55,663 nucleotides of DNA, from the IMG/VR virus record IMGVR_UViG_3300045988_174416. The stretch is one strand, 5' to 3'. Below are positions 45,043 through 53,516 of this stretch, piece by piece. Each line of letters starts with the position of its first letter. The first letter of the stretch is position 1. The position numbers and the translations under genes are program-made. This DNA is from a virus. Under the pieces are notes generated by a model that was given only the letters and a program-made list of their open reading frames with translations, made no database searches and was not told the origin of the DNA.

Positions 45043-48000
45043 TGTCTGATGACGCTTTACGCATAGATATTCAAACCATAGGAGGCGAAAGAGCCGTTAA
45101 GATATTGACAACTCTTGCAGATAAGACGCAAGAGGTTACTGATTTGCTGGAAAACACAGGCTGGGGAAACAAAGAAATATCAGCCCTAACAAGAGAGTTC
45201 AATTCATTGTCAGGGGCAATTTCTAATTATTCTAAAGCAGTTCAAGAAGTAAATAAAGCAAATAACGCCGCTGCTATGGGCGAGCAAAAATTGGCTACGG
45301 AAATGAACAGAACTGCTTTGCAGGCTGCAAAATTAGAAATGCAACACATGAGAAACGCTGCGGCTGCTCAAAAAATGGCTACTGCGGCTGAAAAAGCCCA
45401 AGCCCCCTATAATCAATTAAAGGCTGAATTGGCTGCTGCTGAATTGGCTTTAAAAAATCTTTATACAACAGGCGAAAAAGGAACAAACCTTAATGCCGCT
45501 ATTTCGGAATATCAAAGATTATCCGCAGCCGTCCAAGATGTAAATAATAAAATGAAAATGTCTGCGAGTGGCTCATATAGTCGTATGAATGAGGAATTGC
45601 AACAGTATGGTAATCGTCTTAAAGAGGCTATTGCTGCCGGAAACTTAAATGATGTTACTCTTGGCAGAATGGGCGAAAAATATAAAAGATTACAAGGCGA
45701 AGTTGCTGCCGTAGATGATAAATTTAAACAACTTACAGGGCAAATGGAGGACACAGGTAATGAAAGCATGGCTCTTTCTTCCCTGTTTGGTAATTTGGCT
45801 GCTGACGGTATTCAGAGAGTTATAGCCTCTCTTGGTAATATGATAGGCGACATGTCAAAGGCTGGGGTTGCTATGGACGGCATAAAAAACACTATGGCTG
45901 CTGGTGCGAGAGGTTTAAGGCAGGGTGCTGACGAAATGGCATTTACCGCAGACATGGCAGGCAGACTTGGTTTGAATTTACAGTCAACCTATGAGCCTTA
46001 TGCAAAATTTATGACTTCATTTACTCGGTCAGGAGGTACAATAGCCCAGTCAAGACAAATATTTGAGGATTTGTCAACGGCTATGGTATCATTACACCTG
46101 TCCTCTGCTCAAATGGAAAATGTATTTGTTGCATTAGAACAAATGGCAAATAAAGGCACAGTTCAAGCAGAAGAACTTAAAAGACAATTAGGTAACGCAC
46201 TTCCGGGGGCGTTTGAATTGGCTGCTCAAAGTATGGGTATAACTGCTGGGGAACTTATGGACTTAATGAAAAAAGGCGAGGTAATGTCAAAAGATTTCTT
46301 GCCTAATTTCGCTGCTATGGTTAAAGACAGTTTGGGTAAACAAATTGGAATTGCCGTTGACCAGTATAATGCACACTTAAATCGTATGCAGACACAAACA
46401 TTCTTATTGCAAGCCAATGTCGGACAAGCAATGAATAATGCTTTTGTACCTTTTATTAAGATTTGGACAAATGTGTTAGGGCTTGCCAATAGAGTTACAG
46501 GAGGACTTGGGGAAAGTGCTGCTGCGGTTACTGCTATGCAAGCAGCCATGCTTACTGCTGCGACTGCCTCCGTTATTTTTGTAACAAAATTTGGTGTTGT
46601 AAATACGGCTTTAACCGCTATGAAAGCCAATGCTATTGCTGCTGGTAAGGCACTTTGGGCTTTAGTCGCAAATCCTGTTGGGGCGACCTTGCTCGCAGTT
46701 GGTGCGGCTGCTTTATATTGTGCAAATTCAGTAAGTCAGGCAAATAAGTCTTTTGAGGAGGCTGCCGTCCAGCAGCGTGATGTTACAAATAATGTAACAG
46801 GGCTTATCTCTGAATTTACTCAATTAGCAGAAATTCAAAACCGTTCATCAGCACAACAAGAGGCTTATAATAGAAATCTTGAAATGTTACGTTCTCAATA
46901 TCCGGAAGTTTTGCAATATATTCAAGAGCATAGTATTTCTATTAAGAATGTTACAGATGAACAGGCTAAAAATATCGCTAAAATGGCGATACAGTCTGAA
47001 ATGATGAAAGCACAACAGTTATATGTTGATGAATTAAGTAATAAGTGGCTTATTTTCGGAGCAAGATGTAAACAAGTTGGTTTAGGCGTTGTACTTGTTT
47101 TGCAGGGCGTTGGTGCTGGCATAGTACACGTTGTTGTTGCCGTAGGTCAAGCAGTTACAAGACTTGTTTCACTTGCTACAAAGGCTTTTGCAGAGGTTGC
47201 GGAAAAAGGTGCATGGGTTGCGAGCAAAATTGGTGCAAAAGAAATGGCGGTCGCCCTTGATAACGCCTCAAAAAGCATGAACGGTTTTGCAGATAGTGCT
47301 TGGAATGTCGGTAAGGCTACTCATAATTATATCAATAGCGGACTTTCTGGTATGGTTGATTTAATTAAACAAGTTGATTTTGACCGTCAAGATAAGGCTA
47401 TGCAACGCTATAAGGATACTGTTGCTATTCTCGGTCAAGAGGAGGCAAAATTAGCAAGTCAACTTATGTACACCTCAAGTTCGGTTACAGGCTTACATAC
47501 AGGGGGCGATAGCAAGGGTAAAGGAAAAGGCAAAGGAAAAGGAAAATCATCAAGAACTACAAAGGTTGATGACGCTTATGAGGCTTTACAAAAAAGCATG
47601 AAAGCCCATGAAGAAGAAATCAGGCTTATGGCTTTGGCTGGCGATACTGCAAGCGATAGATATAAACGAGTAAGTGCCGCATATATAAGAGAAAAGGCAC
47701 AAATTGAAGAAGTAAATCGTCAGGTTGCCTTATTAACGCAGACGGAGGTTACAGGCTGGGATTTAACCAAGAAAAAGGCAGAGGCAGCCACAAAGACATA
47801 TCAATACCGTTTGGCAAACTCTACGGCTTATACTGCCGCAGAAATTGAGAACGCAAAACAAACAATGAAAAACCTCAATACTGAAATTAAATATCAAGAG
47901 GTATTAAAAAAGAGAGAGGATATTTTACAAATTACAAATCGTGAGGCAAGTAAATTGTCAGATACCCTTATTGATAGCCTTTTGGATTTTGATAGTAATC

Positions 48001-49274
48001 TTTCAGTTTGGGACAGATTTAAAAATGCTGCTTTATCTGCAATTAAATCGGTTGCTACGAGTTGGATTAAAGAAATTGGTAATAGTGTTCTTGCTGGCTG
48101 GCAGGCTGGTTGGGCTAAAAACGGAAGTGGAAATCGCTTTGTATCTGCTTTGTTAGGTGCTGGGTCAGGATTTGCTGGCACACCTCTTGAGGGGACAAAA
48201 GATAATCCTACATATACAGGCACAGGGGCATTAAACGGTGCTTTTGGTGGTATTCAAAAGGCATGGGCAAATGTTAAGCAAAAGTTTGGCTGGGGACAGT
48301 CAAGTGGCTCTCTAACAGGAGCGGCAGCCTCAATTACAGGGGACGCAGACACAGGTAGTATATTATCCACTTTAACAGGACAGGCAACAGGACTTTCAGA
48401 CGCTTTATTGAACGCCACAAATCCAGCAATATCAAGCACAATTACAGGACTTGGGGGAATGGCGTCATCTGCTATTGACGCTGGTATGGGCGTTGCTAAT
48501 GTTGCAAGTCCAGCCGTTTCGGCAGCAGGAAGTATCGCAAGCATGGCTACGGCTGCTCCTATTGCTGCGGCTGGGTTGGGTGCTATGGCTGCCGTTATGA
48601 CGATAGCAAGTTCTGCCTTTACAACGGCTGCTCCTGCTTTAACGACAATGGCTGGTGCTATGGCAAGTTTAGCGGCGTCAGCAAGTACGGCTGCAACGGC
48701 TATGGCGGCTCTTGCAGTTGCTACGGCTGCTGAAAGCGTTGCAAAAATTCCGTTTGTAGGTGGTTTTCTTGCCCCTCTTGCAGCAACTCTTACAGGAGCA
48801 GGAATAGCCGCTGGAACAGTAATGACAGGGGCAGGAATAGCCGCTGGGGCTGCTATGGCTGGCGGTGGTCAAATGATAGGAGGAGCGATGTCAGGACTTG
48901 GCAATAAATTGTCAGGTGTAAGTTCGCTTTCAAAATCCACAAATATTGTACCCCATGCGAAAGGTGGCATTGTGTCCTCGCCTACAATGTTTCCTATGCA
49001 GGGCGGTAATGTTGGGTTGGCTGGTGAGGCTGGCACAGAAGTTATCGCTCCTGCAAAACGCATGGCGAATGGCGATGTAGGTATTGGTGCGGTTGCTCCA
49101 CAAGTTACTATCAATAATTATACAAATGCCGCCGTAGAAGTTAAAAGACGCCCTGATAACAGTACGGAAATTAAAATTGCAGAGTTAAATTCAATGCTTG
49201 CAAGTAGCCGTTCAAACAAAGGTATGGTAGCGGCACAAAGTCGTTTGCAAAAGCAGGGGAGGCAGATAGGTTAA
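45042..49274 (+). CDS. Tape measure protein
   Basis: 1410 aa with helical repeats, a (GK)5 run, and a long Ala/Gly-rich hydrophobic C-terminal region. Confidence 0.8.
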   Translation: MSDDALRIDIQTIGGERAVKILTTLADKTQEVTDLLENTGWGNKEISALTREFNSLSGAISNYSKAVQEVNKANNAAAMGEQKLATEMNRTALQAAKLEMQHMRNAAAAQKMATAAEKAQAPYNQLKAELAAAELALKNLYTTGEKGTNLNAAISEYQRLSAAVQDVNNKMKMSASGSYSRMNEELQQYGNRLKEAIAAGNLNDVTLGRMGEKYKRLQGEVAAVDDKFKQLTGQMEDTGNESMALSSLFGNLAADGIQRVIASLGNMIGDMSKAGVAMDGIKNTMAAGARGLRQGADEMAFTADMAGRLGLNLQSTYEPYAKFMTSFTRSGGTIAQSRQIFEDLSTAMVSLHLSSAQMENVFVALEQMANKGTVQAEELKRQLGNALPGAFELAAQSMGITAGELMDLMKKGEVMSKDFLPNFAAMVKDSLGKQIGIAVDQYNAHLNRMQTQTFLLQANVGQAMNNAFVPFIKIWTNVLGLANRVTGGLGESAAAVTAMQAAMLTAATASVIFVTKFGVVNTALTAMKANAIAAGKALWALVANPVGATLLAVGAAALYCANSVSQANKSFEEAAVQQRDVTNNVTGLISEFTQLAEIQNRSSAQQEAYNRNLEMLRSQYPEVLQYIQEHSISIKNVTDEQAKNIAKMAIQSEMMKAQQLYVDELSNKWLIFGARCKQVGLGVVLVLQGVGAGIVHVVVAVGQAVTRLVSLATKAFAEVAEKGAWVASKIGAKEMAVALDNASKSMNGFADSAWNVGKATHNYINSGLSGMVDLIKQVDFDRQDKAMQRYKDTVAILGQEEAKLASQLMYTSSSVTGLHTGGDSKGKGKGKGKGKSSRTTKVDDAYEALQKSMKAHEEEIRLMALAGDTASDRYKRVSAAYIREKAQIEEVNRQVALLTQTEVTGWDLTKKKAEAATKTYQYRLANSTAYTAAEIENAKQTMKNLNTEIKYQEVLKKREDILQITNREASKLSDTLIDSLLDFDSNLSVWDRFKNAALSAIKSVATSWIKEIGNSVLAGWQAGWAKNGSGNRFVSALLGAGSGFAGTPLEGTKDNPTYTGTGALNGAFGGIQKAWANVKQKFGWGQSSGSLTGAAASITGDADTGSILSTLTGQATGLSDALLNATNPAISSTITGLGGMASSAIDAGMGVANVASPAVSAAGSIASMATAAPIAAAGLGAMAAVMTIASSAFTTAAPALTTMAGAMASLAASASTAATAMAALAVATAAESVAKIPFVGGFLAPLAATLTGAGIAAGTVMTGAGIAAGAAMAGGGQMIGGAMSGLGNKLSGVSSLSKSTNIVPHAKGGIVSSPTMFPMQGGNVGLAGEAGTEVIAPAKRMANGDVGIGAVAPQVTINNYTNAAVEVKRRPDNSTEIKIAELNSMLASSRSNKGMVAAQSRLQKQGRQIG

Positions 49275-49275
49275 A

Positions 49276-49785
49276 ATGGGAAAAGACAATAATGTAATTT
49301 TTGATACTCAAGAAGAATTGTTTGTTAAATCAACGACAGACGGTTTATATATTATGCCTTGGCGACTTTTACATGACGGTTATCAAGTTACAAGACAAGA
49401 AACGGTTGTAAGTGTTGACCCTGACGCTGGTATTCCTATAACTCACTCAAGATTTTCTGCCGGAGGTCGTATAATTTCAGCAAAAATTTATGTTGATACG
49501 GAAGAAACATGGTGGTTTTGGTATGCGAGAGCCACTAATAATAGGGCTTTGCCTTGCTGGATTTATGATGTTAAACTTAATGGCTTTATGCGTTGCTATA
49601 TACTTGAACAGCCTACTGTTGAGCCTGCTGGTAATAGCGTCAAAGCGGTATATGTTCAACTTAAGATTTATGCGTTCTCTAATGCAATTCCGATTAAGAG
49701 ATTTATTACTGAAAATACGCCTGAAAGAATTGTTACAGAGGGTAATGGTGCTTTAGTTTATGATAATGATGAGGTGATGTACTAA
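49276..49785 (+). CDS. Minor tail protein (lambda gpM-like position)
   Basis: Position after TMP. Confidence 0.4.
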   Translation: MGKDNNVIFDTQEELFVKSTTDGLYIMPWRLLHDGYQVTRQETVVSVDPDAGIPITHSRFSAGGRIISAKIYVDTEETWWFWYARATNNRALPCWIYDVKLNGFMRCYILEQPTVEPAGNSVKAVYVQLKIYAFSNAIPIKRFITENTPERIVTEGNGALVYDNDEVMY

Positions 49786-50279
49786 TGCCTATTTTACCAA
49801 TGATAAGTGCTACAAAAACTCTTGATAAAGTTCTTTGCTTGGCGGCTGATATTAAGCATAGTAGTTTTGCAAATGGGCGTTATAGTATTTGTAATGATGT
49901 TGTTGAACATACAAGAACGGACGAAAACGGAAACAAAATTATCTATCAACCATGCCCTTTTTCGTTTAATTTACCGTCCCAAAGTGAAACCGATAATTCA
50001 GGATTTGGTGTTACGAATGTCAATTTGATTAGTTCAAACATTTTAAGGGCGGCTGATAACAGTTTTGAGGATATTATTATACAATGCTGGCTTATTCTTG
50101 CTGATTATGACGGTTCAAGTAATTGGGTAAATTTGGGCGAATATATTTGGGACACCGACCAAACTGAAACTATGGAAACTGTAACAGCCTCTCTCGTTAT
50201 GAAAAATTGTTATACAATAAATGCAGGGCGTTTTAGGGGCAAAAACCCGTCCCTTTTCGTCAACTTAAATCATCGTTAA
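49785..50279 (+). CDS. Minor tail protein (lambda gpL-like position)
   Basis: Position; Cys-containing. Confidence 0.4.
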   Translation: MPILPMISATKTLDKVLCLAADIKHSSFANGRYSICNDVVEHTRTDENGNKIIYQPCPFSFNLPSQSETDNSGFGVTNVNLISSNILRAADNSFEDIIIQCWLILADYDGSSNWVNLGEYIWDTDQTETMETVTASLVMKNCYTINAGRFRGKNPSLFVNLNHR

Positions 50280-50289
50280 GGAGGGTAAA

Positions 50290-50652
50290 ATGGACGAGCA
50301 AAATTTAATTAAATATATGACAACAAAACGCTATAAAGAGGGCGAATATGTTTGTTGGGATTTTGTAAGAGATATTTATAAAGATTTATATAATATTGAT
50401 TTGCCTGAATATCCTGCGGACGAAATACAGGCAGAATTTAAGTATGAATTAACATCAAATATTAAACATAAAAAAATTCCTGTTGGTGAGGCACAGGAGG
50501 GCGATATTATAGTCTTTTCGCTCTTTGCAAATCAGCATGCAGGAGTTATGATAAATAGTGAAAGTTTTATACACTTACCAAAAACAGGCGTACAAGTAAG
50601 CGATATTGCAGATGTGGGGAAAAATTATGTCATTTATAGAATGGAAAAATAA
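50290..50652 (+). CDS. NlpC/P60-family tail peptidase (lambda gpK-like)
   Basis: Cys in GEYVCWDFVRDIY and His in NQHAGVMI. Confidence 0.5.
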   Translation: MDEQNLIKYMTTKRYKEGEYVCWDFVRDIYKDLYNIDLPEYPADEIQAEFKYELTSNIKHKKIPVGEAQEGDIIVFSLFANQHAGVMINSESFIHLPKTGVQVSDIADVGKNYVIYRMEK

Positions 50653-53479
50653 GTTAAAAATCAAAATTTTTGCTCCGGCAACGGTTTGTCATAGACAATT
50701 AGGGCAGTATTTCAGCGAGTTAAAATACTGGGCTTGGTTGCCTGCTTTTATGGTATTCAAAAATGAGCCTGTTGGCGATGACGGCTATTATAAAACCCTT
50801 TTAGTAAACGGTAAAAGAATAAAACCATATACAATAATTCCAAGAAATGCCTTTATTGAAATTAGAGAGAAACCCCAAGCCATTACTGCGTTGATTACAA
50901 GTATAGTTGGAGCAGTTGCAGCCGCTTTATCTGTATCAACGGCAGTTGCAGGGGTTATCGTTGGGGTTGCTGCTGCGTTGGCTATCGGTGGCTTGATTAT
51001 GGGTGTTTCTGCTATTGCTGGAAAGTTTGGAGCAAAACCAAAAGGCAGTTCAAATGGAACGGATAAGCCTATATATCAGTCAAATAGTTCGCCCTCATTA
51101 TCAGGGGCTAAAAACGAATTACAAGAGGAAGTTGTGCCTATTGCTTTTGGGCGTTCTTTACAAGTTTTTAATTATTCTCAATTCTGCATACCTCTTGTTA
51201 AGAGTGGCTACGGCGGTAATAGATACAGGGTTTATAGTGTTGCAGGATATTCAAATGCTCGATACTCTGATTTTAGGCTTGGCGATATTCTTTTGTCAAA
51301 TTATCGTCCGTCCTCTTACAGTTTGCAGCAGGCTAACGGAATTAACTCATTTATAGGCTGGGATAACGCCGTTACTGAAAGTTTTAACAAAGAATTATCT
51401 TTTGACCAGTCGCAAGCGGTTTTTCAGTCTGCAATAGCCTATTATAATGACCAATGTTCCGGTACATCTTTAACTATAACTCAAAATTATAATTTTACAG
51501 GAGTTGCGTATAATTCTTGGACAAATAAGCAAATGGATTTAACGGCAACTTTTGTATCAAACGATTTAGATGTAACACTTTCAACCTCTGTAACAATTAC
51601 AAGAAACGATTTAGTTTATGATAGTGCGACAGGTAGTTATAATGCGACAAAAACAGTTACAATTAGTTTAGGTTCTTACAATATATCTGAATATCGTTAT
51701 ACAACTACAACTCCAAACGGTAACACAAGAGGCAATTCGGCAGAGGGTAATTTGAATTGTTATTTAATTGACGAAACGGTTGCTATTGGCGAAGATACTT
51801 TTGAGGCAAATGTAAATCAAGGCGTAAATAGTTATAATGGCGATAGAAACGAAATTATATCACAGTCGCCCACTGAAACACAATATTGCGACATACATTT
51901 TAACTTCCCTCAAGGTTTATACTCAATAAATTCAAGTTCGGGCAAGCGTGTTCGTGTTTCAATTAGTGCGGAAGTTCAATGGAAACGCAAAGATGAAACG
52001 CAGTGGCATGGAATGAACGAAAGCAATATTGCAAGAATTTATACAAGAGATATTGACGGAAATATAGGCAATTTGAGCAGTCGTATTACAAGAAATGGCA
52101 ACAACTTTACTTTTAAAACTCCTGACGATATAAATAATGCCGATGATAATTTCTACGAGTGTGTAGGTATTCGATTTGCAACGGCAGGGCAATATCAAGT
52201 AAAAGTAATGCCTATTGTATTTACAAAAGATGATTACTGGGTTGGCTCTATTTATATTTCTGAAATTGTTTGGAGGCTTAAATCGGGTATTCCGGTTGTT
52301 GATAGCAGCATATTACCTTATGTTTCTCAAATTGCGTGTACTTTTAATGCTACAACACAATTAGACGGAGAAGTGGACGAATTGGGGGCTATTGTTTTCC
52401 CATATATCACAAACTTAAAGACAGGAGGGCTTGAGCAAAGCAGAAATCCTGTTGACATTATATATTATCTGCTTACTGACCAAGCAAGCAACCCTGACCC
52501 TATGTCGCCTGACCAAATTGACCTTGTTTCATTTAAAAAGGCAAGAGAATGGTGTGAGGCTCATGGGTGTAAATGCGATGGGATAGTTACAGGCGAGATT
52601 AAATATGAAACCGTCATCAATGAAATTGCAAGCAATAATCAATTATATTTCATACCTAACAAATGGGGCAAGGCGGTTTTAAGGGTTGATACGAATGAGG
52701 ACGGACGACCTATTAAAACCTTAATCAATGCTGAAAATAGTTGGGATTTGAGTATTGTTCGCAAAAGAGGTCGCTTAAATCGCCTTATGGCTTTGCGTTG
52801 CTCTTTTATCAACGAAGAAACTTGGTCAGAGGACGAAATAACAGGTTATTGGTATGACGGAGCATGTCATTGGCAGCCGGAGGAGGGTAAAGATGACCAG
52901 TATTATAAACCCGAAAAGAGAGAGTTACAATATATTAAAAATGCTGATAATGTTAAACGCAGAATTGCGTATGAATTAGAGATAGAGAACGAAAAGAACA
53001 CAACAGCAACTTTTAATATTGCAAGAGAAGTTTTAGACTTGGAAATACTTGATAGGGTGCTTGTTGCAGACTATACACGATTAAATGAGGGTTGTTCCGG
53101 TTCTATTGAAGAACTTTTATATAATGCTGACCGTTCGCAAATAATCGGATTTAAGTCATCGCTACCTTTTCCGGTATCAGAGGGCATGACGGCTACAATA
53201 CGCTCGGTTGATATATCGGGCGAGGGCTTTAATGTAAATACTTATGAATTAGTCCCAAATACGGCAACCGTTTCAAAAATTCTTTTCAAAACGCATATTG
53301 ATACAAATACATCAAACTTGAGAGGTCATGGGTTTTATGATGTTGACGGTGCTGAAATTTACTATACAGGCGATTTGTTTATGGCTGGGGTTACTGAAAT
53401 TTTAAGTATGGTTATCAGTAACATAGAAGAAGTACAAGGCGAGGACTTTACCAGCAAAATTACTTGCAGATTATACTAA
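50627..53479 (+). CDS. Tail tip / host-specificity protein: gpI-like N-terminus (Gly/Ala-rich segment) fused to a gpJ-like central fiber protein
   Basis: N-terminal approximately 150 aa with AAALSVSTAVAGVIVGVAAALAIGGLIMGVSAIAG, followed by a large beta-rich body. Confidence 0.55.
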   Translation: MSFIEWKNKLKIKIFAPATVCHRQLGQYFSELKYWAWLPAFMVFKNEPVGDDGYYKTLLVNGKRIKPYTIIPRNAFIEIREKPQAITALITSIVGAVAAALSVSTAVAGVIVGVAAALAIGGLIMGVSAIAGKFGAKPKGSSNGTDKPIYQSNSSPSLSGAKNELQEEVVPIAFGRSLQVFNYSQFCIPLVKSGYGGNRYRVYSVAGYSNARYSDFRLGDILLSNYRPSSYSLQQANGINSFIGWDNAVTESFNKELSFDQSQAVFQSAIAYYNDQCSGTSLTITQNYNFTGVAYNSWTNKQMDLTATFVSNDLDVTLSTSVTITRNDLVYDSATGSYNATKTVTISLGSYNISEYRYTTTTPNGNTRGNSAEGNLNCYLIDETVAIGEDTFEANVNQGVNSYNGDRNEIISQSPTETQYCDIHFNFPQGLYSINSSSGKRVRVSISAEVQWKRKDETQWHGMNESNIARIYTRDIDGNIGNLSSRITRNGNNFTFKTPDDINNADDNFYECVGIRFATAGQYQVKVMPIVFTKDDYWVGSIYISEIVWRLKSGIPVVDSSILPYVSQIACTFNATTQLDGEVDELGAIVFPYITNLKTGGLEQSRNPVDIIYYLLTDQASNPDPMSPDQIDLVSFKKAREWCEAHGCKCDGIVTGEIKYETVINEIASNNQLYFIPNKWGKAVLRVDTNEDGRPIKTLINAENSWDLSIVRKRGRLNRLMALRCSFINEETWSEDEITGYWYDGACHWQPEEGKDDQYYKPEKRELQYIKNADNVKRRIAYELEIENEKNTTATFNIAREVLDLEILDRVLVADYTRLNEGCSGSIEELLYNADRSQIIGFKSSLPFPVSEGMTATIRSVDISGEGFNVNTYELVPNTATVSKILFKTHIDTNTSNLRGHGFYDVDGAEIYYTGDLFMAGVTEILSMVISNIEEVQGEDFTSKITCRLY

Positions 53480-53516
53480 AAAGATGTATTATACAACATA
53501 AGGGGAGGACTTTACA

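Noticed and set aside
45512-49114. Several minus-strand ORFs inside the tape measure gene
   Set aside because: Antisense to a 1410-aa CDS, Ala/Gly-rich mirror artefacts.
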